A DNA stretch of 64,000 nucleotides from Minutocellus sp. GHC0000111. Lineage: Eukaryota. The stretch spans positions 2,852,001 through 2,916,000 of the forward strand of contig OZ361256.1 in the NCBI GenBank assembly GCA_977018835.1, read 5' to 3'. The notes beneath the pieces are model-generated. The model worked only from the letters and a program-made list of their open reading frames with translations, ran no database searches and was not told where the DNA came from. Below, in pieces: positions 48,481-60,045 of this stretch. The stretch's first letter is position 1. The number at the start of each line of letters is the position of its first letter. The position numbers and the translations under genes are program-made.

Positions 48481-48707
48481 GTGCCTGCTCCCCAGGGAGT
48501 GTGATCTCTCTGGCTCGGCAGTGCAACTAATAACGGGATCGACTTTTTGCCGAACGACGGACTTGACACATGTTTCGATCGACGTCTAACAGAAACCGGA
48601 ACACGATGCTGGCTCAGCATTGATCATGTAGGCCTACTCTCTACGAGCTCGTACGTAGCTCTAGCTAGCTACTAGTAGTAGTATGTTGGGCGGCTCATTT
48701 TCCAACG

Positions 48708-51227
48708 ATGACATCGGCACCCGAACGGCGGTGGCCGGAACGAAGACGTCTCAGGCCGAGCAGGGCAAGGTCAGCGACAGTATCAGCTCTTTTCGTGGCC
48801 TCGACCGTGGTTGGAAACGAGGGGGCTGCAGCATCTCATACCAATCGCTTTCCACCCACGACATCGCGTGCCGATTACGAGCATGCATCGGCGGACGCAA
48901 CAAGGGGAACTGCCGATGCCTGGCGCCGGCGGATGCGCCCTCCACCAGGTCTATACTGCCAAGGTTTGGGTGTGAAATGTATGATAAACTTACGAGGTGG
49001 TACTCAGGAGTCTTCGGTGGCCAGGACTGGTGCCGCAACTGCCATTGACCAACACGTCATCCCTCCTCCTCCTCCTCCTCCGCCTCCACCGTTGCCTCAG
49101 AGCACGGCGAACGATTTACCACGGACGACATGGCAGCAAACTCCACCGCAATCAGATCAGCTACAGCAAGTAGGTCAGCAACCTTACAAGTGGAGTGATG
49201 AGTCCAATATTCCCCCGCCTCCGCCCTTACCAACGGAATTAGAGCGTGTTGCGAGACCGCCGTTGCCACCTCCATTGCCGCCACAGCAGCCAAGAGAGGA
49301 GTTGAGAGATACTACTATTACTAGAAGCATTGAGCCCTATCCAGCACCACCGCCACTGCCACCAATTCTTCCACCGCCGCCACCTATTGTATCGACGGGA
49401 ACAACAATGCGGCCAGAATATCCTAGTAGTGATTCACAAGCTCGTCGAAATTTTGATCCCAGGTGGAATAGAAATGATGTCAACATTGACGATTTTCAGC
49501 CACACCAAGATGAGCCGATGGGAAAGTGGAATGATCAAAGGGAGAATGTTGCGGATATACCGAGTCGTGAAAGTGACGGCATGAACGCATCACCATCAGA
49601 CCTTCGGCGAGAGATGGAACCGCAGCGAGGAGAGGAACCACGGGAAGTTCATGTAATCAAACAAGGAGGAAACCCCCTTGAGGAGGTTGATCTGCATTCA
49701 GACGAGAACGAGACAGGTACCAGTAAGCGCTCAATGCCTGCTAGACGACGATCGACGTTCTTGGGTGGTCTTTTTGGTCGTAACAAATCAGACGAAAGGA
49801 GGGAAAGCGATGCTGGGACGAAAGCAGAAGACAAGAAGAGGCTTAATGATGATTCCCCTTTCGATGCGGATGGACCAATCAATCGCACAGAGAAACCAGA
49901 TGATGTAATCGACTCATTTGTGCCTCCACCAGATTTGCCGTTAGCCCGTGGTGAGCTTCCTTATGCACAGAAACGACAGCTGGACGAAAGACTAGGGGAA
50001 CAGCATTGGAATCAGTACGAGGCTCAAGATCGTAGGAGTGATTTTCCACATTATCCATTTCCTGATGAGTCGTTGCCACCACCACCGCCGCCACCCCCAC
50101 CAAAACAAAATTATTTGAATACACCTCGGGATCAGAGTGTAGATACCAGGCCATCGTTAGTTGACTATACCAGGAAGATATCTAGCATGTACTTTGCTAC
50201 AGCCGAGGCCCCGGATCAGATTGATGGTTACGACTCAGATGAGGAAGGCATGAGTAGCTCAGATGAGAACGCAGACGATGATCGGGATGGAACGGAAGAT
50301 ACGACAAGGAAGATTGAGGGTAAGACATATGCCCCACAAGTATCGGGAGTAGATGTCGATTTTCTTAGAGATCTGGTCCGTGAAGAATTGCGGAAAATCG
50401 TTGTGGATGAACGAGTCATCTCCCATGTAAATTCGAATGAGCCTGAAACAACGAAGCAGCTGGCGAGAGATGACTTTCCGGAAGTAGATTCCACCTTTGA
50501 GAGTGACTATGTAGATGATGACGTTCTTTCTGCTCTTGAAGATATATCAGAGAACTGCGACGACGGATACTTTGGGAATGAAAACGAAGCATTGGTTGGA
50601 CAGCATGACGGCCTCGAGGCTCGCGAAAGTGGAATTAAATCCCATCAACAATCTCCATGCACCTTACACGGTGGCAATATCTTCCCTGACGAGCCAGAGA
50701 ATGAAGAAGATTCTGTCTACGAATACGAATTTGAGTACGAAACGTACGATGATGCCGACTACAGCGAATCAAAACCCAAAATGGTGGGCGACATGGATAG
50801 GATGAAGGCCGAGCTAGAGGAACGAGTTCGGCTTGAGGTAGCTCAAAAGGAGGCGGAATTACAAGCCAAATATTTGGAGGATAAAGAGAAGGAGATTGAA
50901 AGGGTACGAGCGGAGGAAGCAGAAAAGATGGCCAAGAGAATTGAAGCCGAACGGGCTGAGGCGGAACAAATTGCGAGGGAGAAGACTGCTAATGCTGAAA
51001 GAATCAAGCAAAAGCGAATCACAGCAAAACGTTTGAAGAAGGAACGAGCCAAGTTCGAAGAAGCTCTGGCCGCTAAGGATAAAGAGATGGAACTACAACG
51101 ATCGAAAGTGGTAAACACGAGACGCAAAGCAAAGGATACTTTTTTGACAAGATATTCTCCAGAGCAAATCGCACAAATGTCGGAAGAGGAACTTGATAGG
51201 ATAATTGGACCGAAGGATGAAGAGTAG
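48708..51227 (+). CDS. Uncharacterised polyproline-rich protein with a C-terminal coiled coil
   Basis: 839-aa intact ORF with several poly-Pro tracts, an acidic middle and an E/K/R-rich helical tail. Confidence 0.75.
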   Translation: MTSAPERRWPERRRLRPSRARSATVSALFVASTVVGNEGAAASHTNRFPPTTSRADYEHASADATRGTADAWRRRMRPPPGLYCQGLGVKCMINLRGGTQESSVARTGAATAIDQHVIPPPPPPPPPPLPQSTANDLPRTTWQQTPPQSDQLQQVGQQPYKWSDESNIPPPPPLPTELERVARPPLPPPLPPQQPREELRDTTITRSIEPYPAPPPLPPILPPPPPIVSTGTTMRPEYPSSDSQARRNFDPRWNRNDVNIDDFQPHQDEPMGKWNDQRENVADIPSRESDGMNASPSDLRREMEPQRGEEPREVHVIKQGGNPLEEVDLHSDENETGTSKRSMPARRRSTFLGGLFGRNKSDERRESDAGTKAEDKKRLNDDSPFDADGPINRTEKPDDVIDSFVPPPDLPLARGELPYAQKRQLDERLGEQHWNQYEAQDRRSDFPHYPFPDESLPPPPPPPPPKQNYLNTPRDQSVDTRPSLVDYTRKISSMYFATAEAPDQIDGYDSDEEGMSSSDENADDDRDGTEDTTRKIEGKTYAPQVSGVDVDFLRDLVREELRKIVVDERVISHVNSNEPETTKQLARDDFPEVDSTFESDYVDDDVLSALEDISENCDDGYFGNENEALVGQHDGLEARESGIKSHQQSPCTLHGGNIFPDEPENEEDSVYEYEFEYETYDDADYSESKPKMVGDMDRMKAELEERVRLEVAQKEAELQAKYLEDKEKEIERVRAEEAEKMAKRIEAERAEAEQIAREKTANAERIKQKRITAKRLKKERAKFEEALAAKDKEMELQRSKVVNTRRKAKDTFLTRYSPEQIAQMSEEELDRIIGPKDEE

Positions 51228-51354
51228 ATCACTCCAATACTACCAGATCGCAGCTACGTAGAGGTTCCTGGCTACTAGACTAGGAATGTAGTAGGCATCT
51301 ATGTTTGTAGTAAAAAGACACTTCCGTTATTCCTAAGCTTGAGAAAAAAATACT

Positions 51355-54300
51355 TTACTGCTGTTCGAGTAGAACCGCTGGAGGTACTGACTCTACGACA
51401 CCGCAACACAATTGGGAAAGTGCGGTCAAGAAGCGGGAAGTAAAACCAAGAGCTTGGGCAAGCGTTTCGTCAGGCCACAACAGAGCTCGCGATAATACGG
51501 CAGCGCATGCTGTTCGGTTCATACGAGACAAGGCCCTTTCATCTTGCGTACTTTCACGACCATCATCACTATCCATGCCCAATCTCGTCCGCAACCAGGT
51601 TTCTAGCCAAGATGGACCAATACTACTTTCCTCTGCTTGCTTCTGCTGCAATGCCTGCCACGCACGAAGGAGTACTCTTGCAGCAAAGACAGGATCGATT
51701 CGACCTTTCACAGGATCACAATCAATTTGGCCCAGAGATTTCACCGAGAGTACATGCTCGTGAAAAAGGGATACAATCTGTTTGTGACCTTGAGTCAGGG
51801 TGAATTTTATGCTGGCCTCAGAAGTGCTTTCTAGGGCCTCGCCACTAAATATACCTTCTCTGAGGAGTAACTCAGCTTGCTTCATGCTAACGTTGATCGA
51901 TTGGATGAGGATATTTGCGGTCTTGAGGACGAAACCATCGACACCACCAATCAATGCCGCAACGGCAGGAACATTTTCCGCTCGTGCACATTGCTTGATT
52001 GCTGTTGCAGCATCAAAAGCAAAGTCTGGCTCTTGATTTGAACGTAACCCAGCGAGATTACAAACATGCACGAGCACTTTGTGCGCCAAGAATTCAGTAC
52101 CATCACCACTTAATCTCAGTGGTTGTTCATCTAGAGACAGCAAGGCAAGGATCAATAAGTTGTAATCAATACCCCCTAAATTGGGGTTTGGCGTATCAGC
52201 GCTGGAGGAAGGTGTCTCAACTAGCCTACATGTAGCATCATCGACCTCGTGGCTTGACAATATTTTTCCATTTGTAACAACTACGTCAGAAACAGTAGAT
52301 GCAGCACTCGAAGCTTCAATGGAATAGCCAGCATTCGATAATATCGCTAGACATATTCTCATTATCCACTCACTCGACAATGATGCATCTTCCTTCTTGA
52401 TCGGACTGGAGTGCGCTGGATCGTCCCTCTGCACCAACGATGATTCAAAGTAGGTAGAAACTTGATCAAGAGCCCATGACCGGACTTCAGTCTCTCTCAA
52501 AAGAGGATACCGACTCTTTTCAATGGCAATGGTGCTGAACGCCATTCGAGTGTTGTGGTCTAGGCTTTGCCAGTATCGCGTTGATCCCATTCCATCTCCA
52601 TCTTCCTTCGGAGTCTCCGAAAGATCAAGGAGACAACCCACTGAAAGAGGAGTAGCCGATCCAAGAATCATGGCAATGATAGCTCTGGAAAAAAGCAGGA
52701 CGGGTTCAGAGGAGGTGTCGTCGTCTACTCCCTTGTCTCCAGAACCTTTTGATGCCCTACCTCTAAGCGCATCGGGAATGGATGTATTGAGCAGGCCTAG
52801 TGCGGTCGGCATACATTCCCTCGCCACCCCAATTTTGAGAAGACATGTAATCGGCCACAGACTCTTGGTAATTTCTTTGTCATTGTATAAATTGATGGAG
52901 CTTGATGCCGTCGCTGCAAGCATCAAGCACGCACGAGACGCATCGTAATCCCTATTGCGACCCAAGAATCCCTCCAGAGCAGTGGACATACCCGCACCAC
53001 CCATGATCATACACGCAATGGCCATATCAGCGAGCGATTCAATAGAAAAGGAGTGTGCATAATCTTTGGTCTTCTCCCCTGCTGAGACAATGCCATCGAG
53101 CATGCCCTCGAGACATATCCTTTCGCCTTCACCAACGCCATTACCCTGAATGGCACCCCAAGACGATAGATCTCTAACAGCATCTCCTTCTTGCAGCAAA
53201 GTAAGTGCAATAGATGCTGCAGTGTAGTAATCGACACCATCGTCGTCACTTCCTCGAGATAGCCATGACAAAACATAGTTACAGGGAGTGGTCTCTAGAC
53301 CATGTTTGACGGCAAGCTTCCTCAATGCAAGGTACAAAGTATTTTCATCGGTGGAAACTGATCCGAAACGAATGTTTGCCAGAAGATATTGCTCATGTAA
53401 CATCGCCTCTTGATTTGTACCGATGTCAAGTTCAGTGCAGTTCAGCACTGCCGCGGTTGTGCTTTCAATGGTCGTGTGGTCTTTCAATGCCGTTTCCACT
53501 GGTGTGTTGGGCGTCATGTGCGCACCCGACAATGATTCCGTTCCATCAACGAAAAGATTTCTTCTGCCACATTGAGAATTAGTGGTAGGCAGAACATTGC
53601 TCGATACAATGCCTGATGGAGACTTCATCGGAAATCTACCCATTTTCATAACATGAGCACCGGAATGGGTGGTTGCGCCCTCCCATGTAATGAAGTATGC
53701 AACACAGAAAGCACCGGCCTCTCCAATGCTAACCCTAACCCTAACCCTAACCAGCCCTGGCCACTAATGCACCAAAGCTCCGGCCCTGCCTTTCCTGAAG
53801 ACGTTGAAAGAGGTATGATAGCGAATTGTCTACCAAACGCTTGAGATTGGACCGGGTAATTCGCAGCAAAATCAATTCCTGTAATGGTATGTAGATACAG
53901 TATCAGGGCTCTACCATCTTTTCTCGGTGCAGCTGAAATTATGGACGGAGGTGAGGTGAACATAGATGTAACAGAGATTGCAGTGGGGAATGCAAGCCTC
54001 TCGCTCTCTTTTTCGGTAGGAGCTGTATTTGATAAGTCAATAGCAAATGGAACGAAACGTCGAAATGGCGTAGGACCCCTCTCAGCGAGACGAGTTTGTT
54101 GACGAGAATCTACGCAGATTGCCACGGCGTTGGGCAGTGCGACAGCACCGTCGTCCTTCGATTGATCATCCTCTCCAAGCACGACAATAAATTGAGTACC
54201 ATGCCAGATTATGGGGTGCAATGACTTGGGCTCAAAGGATAGGAAGACAGTTCTCGACACAGCATAGTGATCCAAAGATATAAACGTGACAAAACCACCT

Positions 54301-55892
54301 GGAACATAGTCATAATTCCATTCCCATATTTCCTTCTTCTGCGCGCCATCACTATTAAAAGGATTTCCCCCCTCACCGCCATCACTGACTGGTACTGCAT
54401 CCCCCTGAAGTGATGGATCCACAGTCCCCTTGTTGTTGATAGGCCGCAACTTTTTCTGTCAAATTCTTCGCGTACCTCTCCCTGCAATCGCAGCATAGCC
54501 AAATGCCGTACTGCATGTCGTGGGTCTGTTACGGACAGTGACGTTGTGAAAAGTGGACGCCTCCATTGTGCAGTCAAAGAGAGAGAGGGCTTTGAATTCG
54601 GATGCCAGTGCCGGCATATCTTGATCACCTGACGCCCCCTCTTCTTCTTCGAGGATGCTTGGCATGTGTTCAAATTGAGAAATTAGCACAGTGTGTGCAG
54701 GCTTCGAAAGAGGGGCGATCTTTGTATCGATCTTTGATAATAAGTCGCCGCCAAACAGCAGTGATGCGAAACTCTGATCATCATTTATCCCGACCGATCT
54801 CTTCTGCTTGTTCTTTGCCGCATCACTGTCAAATAATAATTTCCAAGGGTCAAAGAAATGGACCGCACCGCTATCAGAAAGGAAACAAACCACGAGTTCC
54901 TTTGCTGCTTCAGGAGCAGCTCCTTCCAAATGCCCATTAGTATCAATCTCTACCGAATGTGCCGATTCTTCGTTTGTTGCATGACTGTGACCATCGCCGA
55001 TACCAGTGGCTTCTGTCTGCGCCTGTAACGATGCCAGGTCCATAGCTCCTCGAGACCGAGCAGCCGATGGTCTGTCTCCAACTACCATTGTGAGTAAACT
55101 GAGAGTATCGAGAGCATCCGACATTTGTTCATATGTGCTAGCCGTGGTCTGGAGGGTACTGAAGGTGACATCATCGCCGCCACCTATGCTGCTGCCACAA
55201 ACAGTGCTTCCACCAGCAATGCTGCCCTCGCCGGACAGAGGACGCGTTCGTCTGCAAAGCGCCACGGATTGGACGCCACGCTCCTGCTTGACGTATCGTC
55301 TCTTCTGCTTTCTCTTTTTGTGACTTCCGGCACCGCCGCCTCTACTAGTCGTTCGAACACCTACCGCCTCGATGCCTCCCAAGGCAGAGCTCGGCCATTG
55401 CAATAATTTGGAATGCAATACCTTCGCATTGCCATGGCTATCTTTTGTTGCACAAGTATCGGTATGTGACGATTGCGCATCAGATGCGTCATCACAGATG
55501 GTTGTCACCTCCAACAATACCGCATCTCCGACAGCTGGAGGGCGCTGTTGCTGCTGATCCAACTCATTGCTCGCGAGATGATGGCTAGTCAATATCGTTA
55601 CCGTCAGGACAGCATCCGAATCTCCACCCTGTTGCTCTCGATGACTGGCTGTCTCATCGTCAGCAGAAGGAATATTGTCACGTCGCAACCACTCCGATGC
55701 CTCGGCTTCGGTAAGTCTGGCCGAGGCGGTGGAAATGGCAGCACCGGCTGGCCGATCACAACCATTGCCGCCAGCAACGTCGGAGACATGAGGGTCGAGC
55801 AGCTCCGGCCTCTTCCATCTCAGCTGCCACGGATTTGCCGGGGACTGGGTTGTTGTTATTGTTGGATCCTTCATCTTTCCATGCTCTACCAT
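51355..55892 (-). pseudogene. Large uncharacterised protein (about 1500 aa) broken by an in-frame TGA and a frameshift at a telomeric repeat
   Basis: Three collinear ORFs. 55895-54459 continues in frame past TGA (att TGA cag aaa aag ttg). 54449-53646 changes frame to 53649-51355 at the TTAGGG tract. Confidence 0.72.
53729..53752. repeat. Interstitial telomeric repeat (CCCTAA/TTAGGG) x4
   Basis: ctaaccctaaccctaaccctaacc, 24 bp perfect. Confidence 0.9.
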
Positions 55893-56441
55893 CACGAACT
55901 GGTTCGGGGTGGGTGAGGCAGGGGTGAGGCGCAGATGAGGCGACGGTGCAAGTTAAGTTCGTGTTGGACGTCTTGGAGGGCAAATAAACGAAAGATACAA
56001 GATATACTAGAAGTCGGGATCTCTATCGATCTACACGCAACGCTTCTATCTCTCACGATCGATCTTATTGGCTATGATGGTATCTTGCTGCCTCTGCTGC
56101 TGCTGGCTGCCGCAGTCGACGACGTGGAGACGTGGATGGAACTCATTCTCTTTTTGACGCAATTGCTTTCTGGATGCGCTGGCATAAACAGCAGTAGTCC
56201 GTGAGGCTCTCTCGGCTCTGCCCCCCGACCACACGAGGCAAGTTTGTTTGCATGTTGAGTGTGATGAGACTCTTATGGTTTATACAAGAGCGAAGCCAAC
56301 ACCCTACTACGTATCGGTACAACATGTAGGAATTAGGGATCCCTAGTACATCATAAAAAAAGTTGTACATGTGTATCGGATCGAATTGTCTTGAAGAAAT
56401 CGGTCATCATCAAAAGGTTTGAGGCAATTCATCTAGAAGAC

Positions 56442-56580
56442 TAGATCTACCGGTACGTGTACGTACATGTAGCTAGATAGCTAGCTACAGATCTACATGT
56501 CATAGTGCCGGTACATGTGTACCTAAGTAGACAGGCAGCTACACCAGATCTATCTACATATATATATCTACCGGTTGCTA
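56442..56580. repeat. Chain of TA-delimited palindromic modules
   Basis: TA GATC TA CCGG TA CGTG TA CG TA CATG TA GC TA GA TA GC TA GC TA... Confidence 0.8.
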
Positions 56581-59500
56581 GTTCTCCTGCAAAAGATACT
56601 TCTGCAGAGGAATCTCCAGCTCCTTGGCGAGTGCTGTAGCATCTGCATCCGTCAGATTGCATATGTATTTTTTTGATGTCATATCGATTTGACCCGTTCC
56701 AGCCGCTGCACCGGCCGATAAACCGCCGTTCATGTCGCAGAGTAACCCAAAATCCCGAAGCTCTGCTAAACAGGCGAACAGCTGGGTCGAACCAACCTCG
56801 GTCACATTAAAATATCCATCCTGCTCTATCTTGCCCCTCAAAAACTCTGACTCACTGCCATATTTACTCAAGATGGATGAGAAGACCGATAACATCCTCT
56901 CCAGCGGGAAGCCCGCTAAGCGGAAGGACCGGAGTTGTTGCTGAGCTGCAGCAGACGATGCAAACAATTCACCCTCGCCGTCACCGGCATTGTTGCCCTC
57001 AGAAGAGGTCTTTCGTCTCCTTCCCTTGTTGTGATGGGTGAATAGCGCCAGATCCTGATCCTGACGGTTCTTTTGGCATAAATACGCTGATAGCAGTAAA
57101 AACTTGGCCATATAGGACAGCTGCGCCAAAGAGGAACCCTGAAGCTCCCGAAGGGTTTGCAAATATGTCGCATCAGGATTTGACTCGGGGTATGCAGTGG
57201 TATCAAGCTTCTGCACGGGAGCAAAGAGGCATTTCAACATGATTTCTCGCATCGGCTTGCGCCCCTTGATATCAAGCATTTCGAGTATACTATCGATTCT
57301 TCCACCAGGTGGACCGTTGAAAGATGTCACAGCCCGACAAAAGCCACAAGTCTCTTGTCGACATAGACTGGCGGAGGTATCGTCTTCTTGACCATTTTGG
57401 ACTTGACTGTTTCCTGATCTTGCAAGAACCAAACAAAACTTTTGCTTTATTACGCCGGTTGGATCCTGAGCGTGTCCAGTAGTTAGAGGGGAGATATAAA
57501 TCGGCCAAAATACTCGCGCAAATCTCTGAATCTCCCGGATATCCCGCGTCATACCCTCGAGTGATTGGAGAATTGTCTTGATCATGGCATTGTACAACCG
57601 ATCTCGGGCGATGGTAATGATTGTCCGCGATCCCGGACACATGTTGCGAGTCTCCTTGGAATTCATATTACACCCTATCACCACATCTTTAATACTTGGT
57701 TGAAGCAAAATGGAACGGTAAATTTGTTTTCCTCTGTATGCATGGAATCGAACACGCATGGGGTGGATAGCATCTTGAATAGTACCAAGAGATGAGCTCG
57801 GTTGCATGTGCACATTGTTGGTGCGGCCAAATTCCAACAAAGAGTTGGAGGTGAGTACCACAATCGTCAGATTCAGCCCCATCACCCGTGGAAGCAAGAG
57901 CAGCTGCGAGAGGAGGTTGTTTCGCTCATCCTTGCTGATGGCATTATAGGGCGAGTTTTGTTTGGCCGTCATGGAAAGAAGACGGTCGGCATGGTCCAGA
58001 ACAAGAAATGCACAGCCACAATACCTTGACTTGGAAACCAGATTATCGGGCCCGCCACAAAGAGGCAGCAATGCTCGACCAAAGTCTGCCGGCGTGGTTA
58101 TAGCATGATGACGTTTTGTGGAGAGCGTTGAATCTTCAGGTCTTGTACCACCAGCACCGCCCACAAGACTATCCGATCGCTGCGTCGCGATCTTGGTTCG
58201 CAAATGCTCCTTCTTTTGCTGTTCGATTTGATCCTCGATATCTCCAAAGCCTTCTTCCTCATCATCACGATCAATGATGGGATCTATCTCTTCATCATCT
58301 AAAGGGACATAACGACTAGCGGGTGCTTTCGCAGGACTGATGGAAATATTCTTCCCATTGCCATTTTCAATTGCAGGGGGCTTGATTTCGTCTTGTTTTC
58401 CCACCACCGTTCCATTCTGACCATTGACATCAGGTGCTGGAATATGCTCACCATTTGTAGCTCCTGCATTTGTTCCACTATTCTTTTGAAGACGTTTTGG
58501 CGACGTAGCACCGTGCCTCTTCCGTTTCCTCGATCTTTTCGATGGTTTCCTACTGCTCGACGAAAAGAAGCTTCTCAGTATCTGTTTGTACGCCTCTTCG
58601 AGAAACGCACCCGCTGTGGAACCCTCCAACGTCGAGCAATTAATGTATCCCATGCCGACACCACCGGCCTTTGCAATCGATGATTTCTGTTTCTGCTGCT
58701 TTTGAAGAGATGGAGACAATATCAAGGACGAGGAAGTATCTCCATGTCTTCGCTTCAAACACTGCAAGATATCTCGGACCACAGATGTCTTCCCTACTCC
58801 ACTTGGACCCGTCACAAACATTGGCGACGGGACAAAGGTTCCATTGGACGAGGTTGAAATATCATCATCAGCGGTGGGCATGCTAGTGCTGCTCCTGCCA
58901 TCCACCCCGACAACACCACCCGTCTGCCGCATCGTTCTCTCAAAGACGCTGCAGAGTAATCGGATCTGGGCCTCTCGATGTGGAAAGCGATTACCAACTT
59001 CCTCTACAATGGACTTGTAGGTTTGCTGCTTCTGTGGCTGTTGCATCGCCAGTGCCTTGGCAGAACCACCACTGCCTTGTGAGGGACCAATCGGCGATGC
59101 TACCGCCGGTTTCGCAGTACTGCCAGTGGCCAACAATGACGGCGACGCAGAAGGAGGAGGTTCCACGGCATTGTACCTGGTGGGGAACAACATACCTCGC
59201 CTCTTCCCGGTCTTGCCACCGCGGCCTTTGCCTGGACTCTTGGACTCTCGACCCGCACGGCCACTGCGCTTCTTCTTTTTGCCCCGATGTGATGTTTTCT
59301 TCACAATGGTATCACCATTCTCAGCTGTAGTTTCACCACCGCCACCTGCGGTTGCTCCTGCAGGAGCACCGGGCCGTTCCACGCCCTCCATCAACAATCT
59401 GAGTCGCTCCTTGTTCCGTGCAATGGCACGGCGGCGATTGCGGATGATCCTAGGAGTCCCTCCAGCTGGCGAAGAGGTGGAATCAACAGCGCGCAGATCC

Positions 59501-60045
59501 TTCTCCAGCCGGGTGACGCTCTCATCGGAATCATCCGAGGATGAATCGTCATCGTCATCACTGCTATCGCCGGAGGAAGATGAACCGGAACGAGAATCAT
59601 CGTCACCCGAATCGCCTTCGCCGTCATCACTGCTGCTAATATCAACCTCATCGTCGTCATCATTGTTCATGGGAGGATATCCATCCGAAATAGACCCTAA
59701 ATCGTCACCATGGTAGCCGTCCTCGTCGGCATCTACCCCCTCCTGGGTCAGAAGGTGGTGCTGGTGCTGGTCATTGTCATGGTGATATCCGTCGTCGGTG
59801 GAATAAGCATCTCCTTGACCACTCGGATCCTCCTGTTGTTGTTGTGTTAGAAGCGTCATATCGTGCAGGTCGAGGGTATCCTGCCCCTCGTCATCGTCAT
59901 CGTCGGTGTCTCCCATTTGTCCGTAATCGGCCTCGGCCGGAGGTTTCCGTTCAGGCTCATGATCATCATCATTATCAACCTCCATTCCGGCGTCCGACCA
60001 ACCGCCATTCTCCTCCTCACCAGCACACTCGTATGGTTCCGCCAT
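56578..60045 (-). CDS. ORC5: Origin recognition complex subunit 5, with a long acidic N-terminal extension
   Basis: FPHREAQI, Walker A GPSGVGKT, YINC, LVLDHADRL, and ORC5 C-terminal motifs LSYMAKFLLLSAYL, FPLERMLSVF, KYICNL. The start (MAEPYEC) is inferred. Confidence 0.88.
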   Translation of the reverse strand: MAEPYECAGEEENGGWSDAGMEVDNDDDHEPERKPPAEADYGQMGDTDDDDDEGQDTLDLHDMTLLTQQQQEDPSGQGDAYSTDDGYHHDNDQHQHHLLTQEGVDADEDGYHGDDLGSISDGYPPMNNDDDDEVDISSSDDGEGDSGDDDSRSGSSSSGDSSDDDDDSSSDDSDESVTRLEKDLRAVDSTSSPAGGTPRIIRNRRRAIARNKERLRLLMEGVERPGAPAGATAGGGGETTAENGDTIVKKTSHRGKKKKRSGRAGRESKSPGKGRGGKTGKRRGMLFPTRYNAVEPPPSASPSLLATGSTAKPAVASPIGPSQGSGGSAKALAMQQPQKQQTYKSIVEEVGNRFPHREAQIRLLCSVFERTMRQTGGVVGVDGRSSTSMPTADDDISTSSNGTFVPSPMFVTGPSGVGKTSVVRDILQCLKRRHGDTSSSLILSPSLQKQQKQKSSIAKAGGVGMGYINCSTLEGSTAGAFLEEAYKQILRSFFSSSSRKPSKRSRKRKRHGATSPKRLQKNSGTNAGATNGEHIPAPDVNGQNGTVVGKQDEIKPPAIENGNGKNISISPAKAPASRYVPLDDEEIDPIIDRDDEEEGFGDIEDQIEQQKKEHLRTKIATQRSDSLVGGAGGTRPEDSTLSTKRHHAITTPADFGRALLPLCGGPDNLVSKSRYCGCAFLVLDHADRLLSMTAKQNSPYNAISKDERNNLLSQLLLLPRVMGLNLTIVVLTSNSLLEFGRTNNVHMQPSSSLGTIQDAIHPMRVRFHAYRGKQIYRSILLQPSIKDVVIGCNMNSKETRNMCPGSRTIITIARDRLYNAMIKTILQSLEGMTRDIREIQRFARVFWPIYISPLTTGHAQDPTGVIKQKFCLVLARSGNSQVQNGQEDDTSASLCRQETCGFCRAVTSFNGPPGGRIDSILEMLDIKGRKPMREIMLKCLFAPVQKLDTTAYPESNPDATYLQTLRELQGSSLAQLSYMAKFLLLSAYLCQKNRQDQDLALFTHHNKGRRRKTSSEGNNAGDGEGELFASSAAAQQQLRSFRLAGFPLERMLSVFSSILSKYGSESEFLRGKIEQDGYFNVTEVGSTQLFACLAELRDFGLLCDMNGGLSAGAAAGTGQIDMTSKKYICNLTDADATALAKELEIPLQKYLLQEN

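Noticed and set aside
25850..60045. DONSON and ORC5 as a replication gene cluster
   Set aside because: They are 28 kb apart with unrelated genes between them.
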